Positions 25,351-34,563 of a stretch of DNA of 56,326 nucleotides are shown here, piece by piece. Every line of letters begins with the position of its first letter. Within the stretch, counting starts at the first letter, position 1. The DNA lies in NCBI GenBank assembly GCA_964533255.1, contig CAZHKD010000001.1:1-56326 (forward strand). Reading direction: 5' to 3'. Source of the DNA: an uncultured archaeon. Its GTDB lineage: Archaea; Halobacteriota; Archaeoglobi; Archaeoglobales; Archaeoglobaceae. Below the pieces are notes generated by a model, which did no database searches, was not told the DNA's origin, and saw nothing but the letters and a program-made list of their open reading frames with translations. The position numbers and the translations under genes are program-made.

Positions 25351-25573
25351 AAGTTCGGAAATTTTCTTAACCAAGCTGTCTTTCAAGGTCAAAACCTGTC
25401 ACCCATCACTTTATATGGCATGCAGCGCTGCCCTGTTTTCATCGGCATTTCTCATATGGGTGTGTGATGCCCACTCAACGCCTCTCTCTGGGAATCGGAT
25501 TCTATGGTTTTAACGGTTTCACAGACGTGAAGAAATAGAAAGAATTTCAAATACCGGAATTGAAAGAAAACCG

Positions 25574-26323
25574 ATGAAGCCCATCATCGGCGTCGTCCAC
25601 CTCAGGCCCCTCCCGGGAGCTCCGCTGCACAGCGATTTCGCTGAGGTTCTTGACGCTGCCGTGAAGGATGCGAGAGCGCTGGAGGAGGGAGGAGTTGATG
25701 CCCTGCTCATCGAGAACTTCGGAGACGTGCCCTTCCTCAAAACCGCCCCGCCCGAAACCGTTGCCTGCATGACTGTCATTGCGAAAGAAATTGCCAGAGA
25801 AACTTCTCTCCCCCTGGGAATAAACGTTCTCAGAAATGATGTCGTTGCGGCCATTGCCATCGCAAAAGCTGTGAACGCGGACTTTGTCAGAGCCAATCAG
25901 CTCATATTCCCATCCTTCATGCCCGAAGGGTTCATGGATGCCAATCCTGGTGAAGTTCTCAGATACAAGAGACAGATAGGCTGCAGGGCAATGATTTTTG
26001 CAGACGTAAGAGTGAAGCACTCCGTTCAGCTGGCAAAGCTTGAGGACTTCGCCGAGAACTTCGAAAGGAGCCTGGCGGATGCGGCCATAATAACCGGGAC
26101 ATCAACCGGTTCTGCTCCGGATTTTAGAACTGTATCCAGAGCAAAAAGGCTTTTCAAAGCTCCCGTACTGGTTGGAAGCGGCGTAAACACCGAAAACGTT
26201 TCGGAATTCCTTAAGCTGTGCGATGGCGTAATCGTAGGTACTTATTTCAAAAAATCTGGGAGAGTTGAGGCTGAGAGGGTGAGGAGCCTGGTTAGAATTG
26301 CAAAAGCTTTTAAACATTTTTAG
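25574..26323 (+). CDS. BtpA/SgcQ-family TIM-barrel protein
   Basis: 249 aa. IIGVVHLRPLPGAP...EEGGVDALLIENFGDVPF...GINVLRND...GSGV is typical of the BtpA family. Confidence 0.8.
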   Translation: MKPIIGVVHLRPLPGAPLHSDFAEVLDAAVKDARALEEGGVDALLIENFGDVPFLKTAPPETVACMTVIAKEIARETSLPLGINVLRNDVVAAIAIAKAVNADFVRANQLIFPSFMPEGFMDANPGEVLRYKRQIGCRAMIFADVRVKHSVQLAKLEDFAENFERSLADAAIITGTSTGSAPDFRTVSRAKRLFKAPVLVGSGVNTENVSEFLKLCDGVIVGTYFKKSGRVEAERVRSLVRIAKAFKHF

Positions 26324-26337
26324 GTGAGTCTAAAAAT

Positions 26338-28311
26338 GTGAAGTGCCATTCGTGCAGCGAAGCAAGTGAGGTCACGGAAGCCAGACACCGAGTTCTGCTG
26401 GTTGGCAGCCCGAACGTGGGAAAGAGCACGATTTTCTTCCATCTCACAGGGAAGTATGCGACGGTATCGAACTACCCCGGCACAACCGTTGAAATTGCCA
26501 GAGGGAAAATTCCAGAGCTTGACGCCGAGGTCATCGACACGCCGGGCATGTACTCCCTCATGTCCATAACTGAGGAGGAGAGGGTGGCAAAGAAGATGCT
26601 CTTTGAGGGAGGCGCTGTCATCGTCCATGTTGTGGATGCGAAGAACATCGACAGAATGCTTCCCTTCACTCTTCAGCTGATTGACGCTGGCTTTAACGCC
26701 ATTCTCGTCCTGAACGCCATGGATGAGGCCGAAAGGGCAGGTCTTGTTATAGACATAGAAAAGCTCAGAAGAAGGCTTGGGACGCCTGTAGTTCCCACGG
26801 TTGCCACCAAGAAGAAGGGGGTAAGAGAGCTTAAGGAGGAGATTGCAAAAGCTCTGGAGGGGCTGGAACAATTGAAACCGGATGCACCAGAAGATCACGG
26901 AAATTGGACCCTGAACTCCAGCCTGGAAAAGAGCATTCAGAGAATATCTTCAGCCCTTTCTGAAAAGCACCCTGTGAGCAAGAGGGTGCTGGCTTTGCTT
27001 CTTCTTGCCGGCGACCCAGACGTGGGGAGCATGCTGGAGCCCCATGAGCTGGAGGTGGTGGGAAAAGAGCTTGAGGGGTTGAGGATACGATACGGCCAGT
27101 CCCCAGCTTATCGCATCGCCATGGAGTATGAGAGGCTAGCAGAGAAAATACTGGACGGCGTTGTATCTCAGCGTGAAGCCAGAAGGAGCTTTGCTGACAA
27201 ACTTGGAGAGCTAACGCTGAACCCCATCTTCGCAATTCCCATGTCCCTGCTGACCCTCTACGCCCTCTACCTCTTCGCCGGAGTGATTGGAGCCCAGATT
27301 CTCGTGGATGCAATAGAGGGGTGGTTTGAGGCCAGCATCAACACAGCCCTCAACGCCTGGCTGGAGGCGAACGTTCCAAATTACTGGCTGAGGGAGCTCG
27401 TGGGAGGGGATTACGGTATCATAACCCTGGCCTTCAGATACGCAATAGCCATAGTCCTTCCCGTGGTTGCTTCATTCTTCCTGATATTCTCAATCATCGA
27501 GGATTCCGGCTACCTGCCACGAATGGCCTTTCTGCTGGACGGGCTCTTCAAGAAAGTTGGGCTCAGCGGGAGAGCGGTAATTCCTCTGCTTCTGGGCTTT
27601 GGGTGCGGAACCATGGCCACCATAGTTACCAGAGTCCTCGAATCCAGAAGGGAGAGGATGATTGCAACGCTGATGCTCGCTGTAGCCATACCATGCTCAG
27701 CCCAGCTCGGCGTGATTATGGCGGTGGCTCCCGACTTCACAGCCATTCTGCTCTGGGCCTTCTTCGTTTTCGGCGTTCTGCTTACCGTGGGCTTTCTCGC
27801 CTCGCAGTTCATGCCCGGGGAGAAGCCGGTGTTCTTCATGGAAATCCCGCCCCTCAGAATGCCCTCGGCAAGGAATGTACTCGTGAAGACCTTAACACGG
27901 CTCGAATGGTACTTCAAGGAAGTCCTGCCCATCTTCGTAATTGCAAGCGTCCTCATCTGGGCTGGCAGACTCACCGGCGTTTTCCAGCTCCTCATATCGC
28001 TGCTGAGCGTTCCGGCAATGGCTATTGGTCTGCCGGCCGAGTCAGCGGTGGTCTTCCTCTACGGATTCTTCAGGAGGGACTACGGAGCTGCGGGGCTTTA
28101 CGACATAGTGGGGCAGGGAATGATGGACTACAGTCAGATTGTGGTGGCCATGATTGCTCTTACACTATTCGTCCCATGCGTAGCCCAGTTTGGTGTTATG
28201 GTCAGGGAGAGGGGCATCCGCTTTGCTGCTCTGACCTTCATAATTTCAGCTCTGGTTGCATTTGGCGCAGGTTATTTAGCCAGCGCGATTCTTACAGCAA
28301 TGGGGGTATAA
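26338..28311 (+). CDS. feoB: ferrous iron transporter FeoB
   Basis: 657 aa, GTG start. N-terminal G-domain (GSPNVGKST, DTPG, NAMD) followed by the polytopic FeoB membrane domain with gate motifs. Confidence 0.95.
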   Translation: MKCHSCSEASEVTEARHRVLLVGSPNVGKSTIFFHLTGKYATVSNYPGTTVEIARGKIPELDAEVIDTPGMYSLMSITEEERVAKKMLFEGGAVIVHVVDAKNIDRMLPFTLQLIDAGFNAILVLNAMDEAERAGLVIDIEKLRRRLGTPVVPTVATKKKGVRELKEEIAKALEGLEQLKPDAPEDHGNWTLNSSLEKSIQRISSALSEKHPVSKRVLALLLLAGDPDVGSMLEPHELEVVGKELEGLRIRYGQSPAYRIAMEYERLAEKILDGVVSQREARRSFADKLGELTLNPIFAIPMSLLTLYALYLFAGVIGAQILVDAIEGWFEASINTALNAWLEANVPNYWLRELVGGDYGIITLAFRYAIAIVLPVVASFFLIFSIIEDSGYLPRMAFLLDGLFKKVGLSGRAVIPLLLGFGCGTMATIVTRVLESRRERMIATLMLAVAIPCSAQLGVIMAVAPDFTAILLWAFFVFGVLLTVGFLASQFMPGEKPVFFMEIPPLRMPSARNVLVKTLTRLEWYFKEVLPIFVIASVLIWAGRLTGVFQLLISLLSVPAMAIGLPAESAVVFLYGFFRRDYGAAGLYDIVGQGMMDYSQIVVAMIALTLFVPCVAQFGVMVRERGIRFAALTFIISALVAFGAGYLASAILTAMGV

Positions 28312-28313
28312 AG

Positions 28314-28949
28314 TTGAGGGGTGCAGAGAGGTGGAGTGAGGAAGTTGAGAATTCCCTCAAGAACATCTGGATTGCGGAGTTTGAGGAAAACAGGCATGTA
28401 AGCAGAGATGAAGTGGAAAAGCTGGATGAGCTCCTGAAAGATGGTTTTGTGGAAGTTAAAGGCGGCAGAATTGCGCTGACGGAGAAGGGAAAGGGTGTTG
28501 CGGAGAGAGTAATCCGCCTCCACAGGCTTGCTGAGAGACTCCTTATCGACGTGCTCGGAACAGCAGAGAGCTCAGTGGAGCAGAACGCATGCAGATTTGA
28601 ACACTTCCTGAGCAGGGAAGTGGAGGAGGCGATCTGCACGCTCCTCGGCCACCCCGAAATATGTCCTCACGGACAGCGAATTCCTAAGGGCAGGTGCTGC
28701 GAGGAGAGGGAAGAAGAAGTAAAGAGAGTAATTTACAGGCTGAGTGAGCTGAATCCCGGAGAGGCTGGGGAAATAAAGTACATAGCCGGAGATGAAAGGA
28801 TTCTGAAGAAGGTCATAGCAGTTGGCCTGCTGCCCGGTAAGAAAGTTAAGGTCGTCAGGGTCTTTCCCGGAGCCATAATACAGGCCGGCAATACTCAGTT
28901 TGCTGTGGATGAGGAGATAGCAGATACGATTTACGTCCTGAAGGTCTGA
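28314..28949 (+). CDS. DtxR/MntR-family metal-dependent repressor with C-terminal FeoA/SH3-like domain
   Basis: TTG start 3 nt after the feoB stop. wHTH, a metal-binding/dimerisation region (HRLAERLL...EQNACRFEHFLS...LGHPEICPHGQRIP) and a FeoA-like tail (LSELNPGEAGEIKYI...GLLPGKKVKVV). The upstream 237 codons of the track ORF overlap feoB and are an artefact. Confidence 0.8.
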   Translation: MRGAERWSEEVENSLKNIWIAEFEENRHVSRDEVEKLDELLKDGFVEVKGGRIALTEKGKGVAERVIRLHRLAERLLIDVLGTAESSVEQNACRFEHFLSREVEEAICTLLGHPEICPHGQRIPKGRCCEEREEEVKRVIYRLSELNPGEAGEIKYIAGDERILKKVIAVGLLPGKKVKVVRVFPGAIIQAGNTQFAVDEEIADTIYVLKV

Positions 28950-28955
28950 AAAGCA

Positions 28956-29564
28956 GTGGTAGCAGTTGTTATGATTCTGAAGGGGAAGCACTCCACAGTT
29001 TTCGTGAAGGGTGGTGTTGCCAGAAAGGTTTTCCACCCGGAGTTCAGGCTTAATTTCTGGAAGGAGGCGAGGTTTCTGGTAGCTCTACAGCCCTTTCATT
29101 TCGTTCCCAGGCTTTATGCCATTATTCCTGAGAAGTTAACCGTGGAAATGGAGTTTGTAGAGGGCAAGACCATAGGAGAACTCGTCAGAACTGGCAATAT
29201 AGATGAACTCAAGATTACAGCCCTCAGAACTGCCGAAATATGCAGAACACTGGATGTGCTCGGGATACAGAAGGAGGAGATGAACCATCCGGACAAGCAC
29301 GTGATTTTGAGCTGGGACGTGAAAGGGGGCGAAGAACGTGTAAACGTTAAGCTAATCGATTTTGAGAGGTCGAAGGAGAGCGGGAAGCCGTCGAACCTGA
29401 CCCAGTTCATTGTGTATCTTCTCCGAAAGAGGGTTATCGTAAATCGGAGAGATGAGGTGATATCTCTACTGAAATCGTACAAAGCAGGCTATTCCGAGGA
29501 AACGTATCTGAAAATTATCAATCTTTTGATGGAAAGCTTTAAGTACCAGGAAATAAGAGGCTGA
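28956..29564 (+). CDS. small atypical protein-kinase-fold protein (Bud32/RIO-like, degenerate catalytic motifs)
   Basis: 202 aa. An N-lobe-like segment ([18 protein letters not shown]...FWKEARFL), hinge MEFVEGKT, a catalytic-loop position reading NHPDKHVIL, and DFE in place of DFG. Confidence 0.5.
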   Translation: MVAVVMILKGKHSTVFVKGGVARKVFHPEFRLNFWKEARFLVALQPFHFVPRLYAIIPEKLTVEMEFVEGKTIGELVRTGNIDELKITALRTAEICRTLDVLGIQKEEMNHPDKHVILSWDVKGGEERVNVKLIDFERSKESGKPSNLTQFIVYLLRKRVIVNRRDEVISLLKSYKAGYSEETYLKIINLLMESFKYQEIRG

Positions 29565-29574
29565 GAAATTAGAT

Positions 29575-29790
29575 TTGGAGGTGGATTTAGTGGATTTCGA
29601 AAGTAGACCTCCTGTAGAGGTCGGAGACGTAAGAAGCGTAAAAATTGAAGCATTAGGAAGCGGCGGCGACGGAATTGCAAGAATTGGTGGATTCGTAGTG
29701 TTTGTTCCGGGAACGAAGGTTAATGATGAAGTGACTGTAAGGATCACCAAGGTTTTGAGAAAGTACGCTTTTGCAGAAGTGGTTGAGTAG
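29575..29790 (+). CDS. TRAM-domain protein
   Basis: 71 aa. [58 protein letters not shown] is a canonical stand-alone archaeal TRAM domain. Confidence 0.8.
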   Translation: MEVDLVDFESRPPVEVGDVRSVKIEALGSGGDGIARIGGFVVFVPGTKVNDEVTVRITKVLRKYAFAEVVE

Positions 29791-29799
29791 TCAGAGTTG

Positions 29800-30099
29800 T
29801 CAGAGTTTTGAGATTATCTCGGAAATTCTGGAAATTCGTTCTTCCAGTTCTTTTATATCTTTTTTGAGCTTTTTTATGTTCAGTTCGGCACCTTCTCTCA
29901 GCACAGCGCCATACTGTGTCGGTTCAATTATTCCAGACTGCTCAAGAACGCGAAGCGAGTACCTTACCTTGTGACGGGGCATGTTCAGAAGCTCAGCCAG
30001 CTTGAAGATTCCTATGGGCTGGTTAGATTTAACAGCTTCGAGAACTTCAAGATGCCTCAGGGCTATTTCAGCTTCCTGTTTAAGCTTCCTCAAAACCAT
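29800..30099 (-). CDS. winged-helix transcription regulator
   Basis: 99 aa. LEVLEAVKSNQPIGIFKLAELLNMPRHKVRYSLRVLEQSGII (wHTH) followed by a coiled-coil tail. Confidence 0.65.
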   Translation of the reverse strand: MVLRKLKQEAEIALRHLEVLEAVKSNQPIGIFKLAELLNMPRHKVRYSLRVLEQSGIIEPTQYGAVLREGAELNIKKLKKDIKELEERISRISEIISKL

Positions 30100-30174
30100 G
30101 CCTCAATGTTCATATCAAAATATTAAAATGTAACTGCTCAACTTTTCAACTTCTGATTCCTCTGCCTCCAACCC

Positions 30175-30930
30175 TCACTCAACCTCCGTGCGGGAGAAAA
30201 GGAATGAAGAGAGTGTGAGGAACATGGGGCAGCTCAGAACTATGACTGCGATGCTCAGAGCTGGATTGAAAAAGGCGTATCCTGTTGTACTCCATCTGAG
30301 CGCGTCAACTGAGTAAGACAGGGGGTTGAGCATGGCCAGAGCCTCAACAAAGCCGGGCAGCTCGCTCAACGGGAAAAGGGCTCCTGACAGAAAGAAGATG
30401 GGAAAGACGAAGAAGTTCACAACTATCTGAAATCCGTGGATGTCCCGCATTACCGTTGAAATGGCAATTCCGATGGCCGTGAAGGTAAGGGCTGTAAGGA
30501 AGAGCAGCACAGGGAATAGCAGAAGATTGCTTCCGGCTGGTCTGAATCCAATAAGCATGCTGACGGCCACCATTATCAAACCCTGCACGAAGGCCGTTGT
30601 TGCCCCTCCAAGAGCTCTGCCCAGGGCAATAGAGAAGCGACTTGCAGGAGAGACCATTATTTCCCGCAGAAAGCCGAACTGCCTGTCCCAGACCACCGAA
30701 ACTCCCGAGAAAACGCCGGTGAAAAGCACCACCATTGCCGCTATGCCGGGGGATATGAAGTTAACGTAATTGATCTCAACTCCCTGAAATTCAACCCGTC
30801 TGAAACCAAGGCTGAAGAAGGCCAGGAAGAAGAAAGGCATGCCTATGCTGCCAAAAACCCTGCTTTTAGCCCTCATGTACCTTTTCAGATCCCTCAGCCA
30901 CAAGACATAAACTGCATCAAGCTCCCCCAT
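30175..30930 (-). CDS. ABC-2 type transporter permease
   Basis: 251 aa with six predicted TM segments. REIMVSPASRFSIALGRALGG is typical of ABC-2 exporters. There is 1 nt between it and the upstream ATPase gene. Confidence 0.85.
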   Translation of the reverse strand: MGELDAVYVLWLRDLKRYMRAKSRVFGSIGMPFFFLAFFSLGFRRVEFQGVEINYVNFISPGIAAMVVLFTGVFSGVSVVWDRQFGFLREIMVSPASRFSIALGRALGGATTAFVQGLIMVAVSMLIGFRPAGSNLLLFPVLLFLTALTFTAIGIAISTVMRDIHGFQIVVNFFVFPIFFLSGALFPLSELPGFVEALAMLNPLSYSVDALRWSTTGYAFFNPALSIAVIVLSCPMFLTLSSFLFSRTEVE

Positions 30931-30931
30931 T

Positions 30932-31867
30932 TCAATCCCCCGGTGCCGAATCGGCTGAAAGAGTTATGAAAACGTCCTCCAGTGTGGGCTTTCTGACTTC
31001 GACTCCTTTCACATTAACGCCTCTTAAAGTCCTCAGAACGTCCATAACTTCCGGAAGTGTTTCTGAAGCCCTTTTCACGTGCATTTCAATAACGCTGCCG
31101 TTCAGGGAGATGTGAGTAGCAAGGTCAGCGAGACTATCTGCAACAGCCTTAAGCCTTTCAGAATTCACGTCAAAACTCAGAACTATAACCTCCTCTCCAA
31201 TTCTCTCCTTCAGCGACTGTGGCGAGTCCAGTGCCACAATTTTCCCGCTCCGCATCACCGCAACCCTGTCGCAGAGCTTCTCAGCCTCATCCATGTAGTG
31301 AGTCGACAGGATTATCGTCACGTCCTCCGAGATATCCTCTATATGCTCCCATATCGTTCTTCTTGTCGCCGCGTCCAGGCCGAGGGTGGGCTCATCAAGA
31401 ATCAGGATGTCGGGAGAGTGCATTATGCCCCTCACAACCTCAAGCTTCCTCTTCATCCCGCCGCTGAGCTTTTTCACCTGTACGTTTCTGTAATCTTCGA
31501 GATTGACGAGTTCCAGCAGCTCATCTATTCTGTTCCTTCGCTCATTCCTGCTCATTCCGTAAAGCCTGCCGTGTAAGTCGAGATTCTCGAATACCGTGAG
31601 CTCAACGTCCAGCGTTGACTCCTGAAAAACGACCCCCAGCCTCTCCCTCACCCTCCTGGCGTCTTTCCTGACGCTGTAGCCCTCCACAAGTGCGTCACCG
31701 CTGGTGGGTTTCAGAAGAGTGCACAGTATTTTCATCGTCGTCGTTTTCCCAGCCCCGTTTGGGCCAAGCAATCCGAAAATCTCTCCTTTTTCGACAGAGA
31801 AGCTTATTGAGTCAACTGCCACGACGCTGCCAAAAACCTTCACGAGGTCCTGTACCACCACGGACAT
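30932..31867 (-). CDS. ABC transporter ATP-binding protein (DrrA/CcmA-like exporter ATPase)
   Basis: 311 aa. Walker A GPNGAGKTT, signature LSGGMKRKLEV, Walker B ILILDEPT, H-loop STHYMDE. Confidence 0.9.
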   Translation of the reverse strand: MSVVVQDLVKVFGSVVAVDSISFSVEKGEIFGLLGPNGAGKTTTMKILCTLLKPTSGDALVEGYSVRKDARRVRERLGVVFQESTLDVELTVFENLDLHGRLYGMSRNERRNRIDELLELVNLEDYRNVQVKKLSGGMKRKLEVVRGIMHSPDILILDEPTLGLDAATRRTIWEHIEDISEDVTIILSTHYMDEAEKLCDRVAVMRSGKIVALDSPQSLKERIGEEVIVLSFDVNSERLKAVADSLADLATHISLNGSVIEMHVKRASETLPEVMDVLRTLRGVNVKGVEVRKPTLEDVFITLSADSAPGD

Positions 31868-31885
31868 TTTCGGCCGTGAAAAACC

Positions 31886-32245
31886 TTAACGGTGAAGATC
31901 CTTCTCTTCCACGCCCAGAACCGCCAGAAAAACGTTGGCCTTGACGGTCATTTCAAAATAGTTCATGTCTGGCTCGAGAACGGCAAATTTTTTGGGAACG
32001 GGGATGCAGAGCCGCTCTCCCGAGCAATAACGGTATCTCCCATGCCTGTCCACAACGACTCTGAGCCTGCTGGGGCGTTTTCTGTTTACGACGATGAAAA
32101 TATTGCTTCCGTTGTTCTGCCTGACGATTTCCATCAGTTTCTCCGTGTTGTATTTCCTGAAGAGGCAGCGACAGATTTTTTCAGCAACATGGTTGCCTAC
32201 ATGAATTTCTGAGGAATCCTCATCCATGACCTCGAGCTCCAACAT
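31886..32245 (-). CDS. hypothetical protein
   Basis: About 119 aa from ATG 32245 (MLELEVMDEDSSEIHVGNHV...). The longer track ORF would overlap rlmE. No family recognised. It has the same orientation as its neighbours and is tightly packed with them. Confidence 0.45.
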   Translation of the reverse strand: MLELEVMDEDSSEIHVGNHVAEKICRCLFRKYNTEKLMEIVRQNNGSNIFIVVNRKRPSRLRVVVDRHGRYRYCSGERLCIPVPKKFAVLEPDMNYFEMTVKANVFLAVLGVEEKDLHR

Positions 32246-32334
32246 TCCATCATCAATTGGACAGGTAGGATATAAGCCTTTTCCTCTTTTGAAATTTCTC
32301 TTTTTCTCAGCTTGTGTAAAATTACAGTTGGTAA

Positions 32335-32961
32335 TTAATCCCGATCCGATCGTTCCGCCCTCTTTGGTCTCCATCTTCCACCAAACCCCTTTCCAATGAA
32401 ATACGTTTCTGCACTCCTCTTCCTCGATGCCTGCGGGGAGTGGAATTTTTTGAATCTGAAATGGGGCTTTAACTCCTTCTGAAACTTTCCGATTTCCTCG
32501 CCCTGAAAGACCTTGACAACAAAGTTCCCTCCGGGTTTCAGAACCTCTTTAGCTATGCTGAAAGCAGCCCTTGCCAGCTCGACGCTTATGAAGTGGTCCA
32601 TTGACCACTTTCCTGTTATCTTGGGTGCTGCATCGCTTATCACCACATCGAACTCACTTCTGACCTCTTTTATCTTTTCGAGGGTTTCCTTTTTCGTTAT
32701 GTCGCCCCTGATGAAGGTCACACCTTCGATGGGGGGCATCGGATTTAAATCGACGGCTACCACATCCGCACCGAGCTTCACAGCCACCTGACTCCATCCG
32801 CCTGGAGACGCGCCGAGATCAAGAACAGAGTAACCTTTTTTGATGATTCCGAATTTACTGTTTATCTGTAAGAGTTTGAAGGCTGCTCTGCTTCTGTAGC
32901 CTTTCTTTTTCGCCTCCCAGTAGTAGTAGTCCTGTCTGTCGTCAACTCTCCTTGGCTTCAT
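32335..32961 (-). CDS. rlmE: 23S rRNA 2'-O-ribose methyltransferase RlmE/FtsJ
   Basis: YYYWEAKKKGYRSRAAFKLLQINSKFGIIKKGYSVLDLGASPGGWSQV, DVVISDAAP and VVKVFQGE are the FtsJ/RlmE motifs. Start taken at ATG 32961. Confidence 0.9.
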   Translation of the reverse strand: MKPRRVDDRQDYYYWEAKKKGYRSRAAFKLLQINSKFGIIKKGYSVLDLGASPGGWSQVAVKLGADVVAVDLNPMPPIEGVTFIRGDITKKETLEKIKEVRSEFDVVISDAAPKITGKWSMDHFISVELARAAFSIAKEVLKPGGNFVVKVFQGEEIGKFQKELKPHFRFKKFHSPQASRKRSAETYFIGKGFGGRWRPKRAERSDRD

Positions 32962-33370
32962 TCCGCTCCCCAACCACGCTGACAGCTACCCTTCGATTTC
33001 TTGGGCCATCCAGCTCCACGAAAAGCACCCTCTGCCAGGTTCCCAGCACGGGTCTTCCACCATCTACTGGAATGACGATGCTGTTGCCCAGCAATGTGGC
33101 CCTCAGGTGGGCATCGGCATTGCTGTCGATAACGTCATGCCTGTACCCTGCTCCACGTGGAATGAGCTTCTCCAGCATCGTCTCGAGGTCTTCCAGCAAG
33201 CCTTTCTCACCCTCGTTGAGAACCACAGCCGTTGTGGTGTGGATGGAATAAATTACGGCGATTCCGTTCTGGACATTGCTTCTCCTAACCTCTTCCACAA
33301 CCCTATCTGTGATATCCACGATTTCTACCCGTCTGCCGGTTTTTATTACTATCTCGTTCACCATGTTCAT
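32942..33370 (-). CDS. YjbQ/UPF0047 family protein (secondary thiamine-phosphate synthase family)
   Basis: 142 aa. VEIVDITDRV...IAVIYSIHTTTAVVLNE...DAHLRATLLGNSIVIPV...GTWQRVLFVELDGPR is the characteristic YjbQ pattern. Confidence 0.85.
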   Translation of the reverse strand: MNMVNEIVIKTGRRVEIVDITDRVVEEVRRSNVQNGIAVIYSIHTTTAVVLNEGEKGLLEDLETMLEKLIPRGAGYRHDVIDSNADAHLRATLLGNSIVIPVDGGRPVLGTWQRVLFVELDGPRNRRVAVSVVGERNEAKES

Positions 33371-34563
33371 GGAACTCTGACGAAGTACTCTTTAAAACCT
33401 TCGCGCCCCTCCTGACTTTCCAGCCTCTGCAGCCTGATCTCTCCAAAATCAATCCTGCGAATACGTTCTCTGATATTGGTGGAAACAGCAAGTTCCTTCC
33501 TCTCAAAGTCTATGGATTCAAGCAGACCCATTCCCAAGTATCTATCACCATATAGTCCGACAAGAAGACCTTTAAGCTCTCCAACGGACACGATATTTAC
33601 TTCCTGGACTTCAAAGATTTCACAGAGGCTTTTAATCACGCTCGGAGAGAGCTTCTGAGGCGTTGAGGTGAAAACATTCAGAAAGTCATATCCCCTTTCA
33701 GAATAAACAACGGAATCGATGATTCCGTCAAGATTCACCTCCTCCCCACTGAATAGAGACGTGTTTCCCAGCTTGACCTCGCCTCCAGCTCTGAAAACCC
33801 TTATAAAGCTCCCATTCAGCTTCTCCCTGTATAGCTCCTCCCTGATTTCACATCTCAGCTCTCTGCTCCTCCTCTTCACAACAAATGACTCAACCCGTAC
33901 TGTATCGAAACCGTCCAAGTAGTAGGGTGCATCACCGAAGCAGGCAATTACTTCAGGTTCAAGAATTTCCAGCTTTGCAAGCTTGTAGTCTCTAGCCTTC
34001 CTCCCTCTCACCCAGCCAGTGGAGTCGAAGATTGCCCTGTCCCCTCTCCGCAACCTCTTAAGTTTTGAGATGGCCTTAAGGCACAGACTCTCCCTTCCCG
34101 CAGGCGATATGCTGCCGATGAAGCATCCATCATGCATCTGTAGCTGGGAGATGTGGAGAACCCTGCTGGTTGTGAAGGCGTATCCCATGGCTCCGGGATG
34201 TGCGATGTCGCTCTGCCCTACATCAAAATCGAAAACGTCTTTGCTCCCTTCCATTCTGTTTACAAGAAACGTGGCAAGGCTGCTCTTTCCGCTGTCAACA
34301 TCTCCGAAAATGAAGATGCTGTTGAAGTCTGACCTCGCCAGCTTCTCCCAGCTCTTCGGAATGGTGGAGCCGTTGAGCCGGATGTAGTTGCCCGAAATTC
34401 TGATCAGTGACTTCTCCAGAATGAAAACCGGCACAACTCTGCCCTTTGGAACCTTCAGCCTCTCAACGGGACAGCCGAATACTTCCGCTCTGCCTTCTAC
34501 CTCAATTTCAGCCTCGCCCTCCACAAGCAGGGTTGAGTTGGGAGTCTCTTCGAACTCCGTCAT
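33367..34563 (-). CDS. Clp1/Grc3-family polynucleotide 5'-kinase homologue
   Basis: 398 aa. P-loop IFIFGDVDSGKSSLATFLVNR, FDFDVGQSD (Walker B-like / clasp), with N- and C-terminal beta domains as in archaeal Clp1. Confidence 0.8.
   Translation of the reverse strand: MTEFEETPNSTLLVEGEAEIEVEGRAEVFGCPVERLKVPKGRVVPVFILEKSLIRISGNYIRLNGSTIPKSWEKLARSDFNSIFIFGDVDSGKSSLATFLVNRMEGSKDVFDFDVGQSDIAHPGAMGYAFTTSRVLHISQLQMHDGCFIGSISPAGRESLCLKAISKLKRLRRGDRAIFDSTGWVRGRKARDYKLAKLEILEPEVIACFGDAPYYLDGFDTVRVESFVVKRRSRELRCEIREELYREKLNGSFIRVFRAGGEVKLGNTSLFSGEEVNLDGIIDSVVYSERGYDFLNVFTSTPQKLSPSVIKSLCEIFEVQEVNIVSVGELKGLLVGLYGDRYLGMGLLESIDFERKELAVSTNIRERIRRIDFGEIRLQRLESQEGREGFKEYFVRVP

Noticed and set aside
25301-25513. 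70-aa ORF spanning the end of the OYE gene and the following spacer
   Set aside because: It overlaps the OYE 3' end and has no ribosome-binding or promoter geometry. The hydrophobic low-complexity product was judged spurious, although a small membrane peptide cannot be fully excluded.
27603-28313. First 237 codons of the 448-aa ORF overlapping feoB in another frame
   Set aside because: It is an Arg/His/Gly-rich alternative-frame translation of feoB. DtxR-like homology begins only at TTG 28314, right after the feoB stop.
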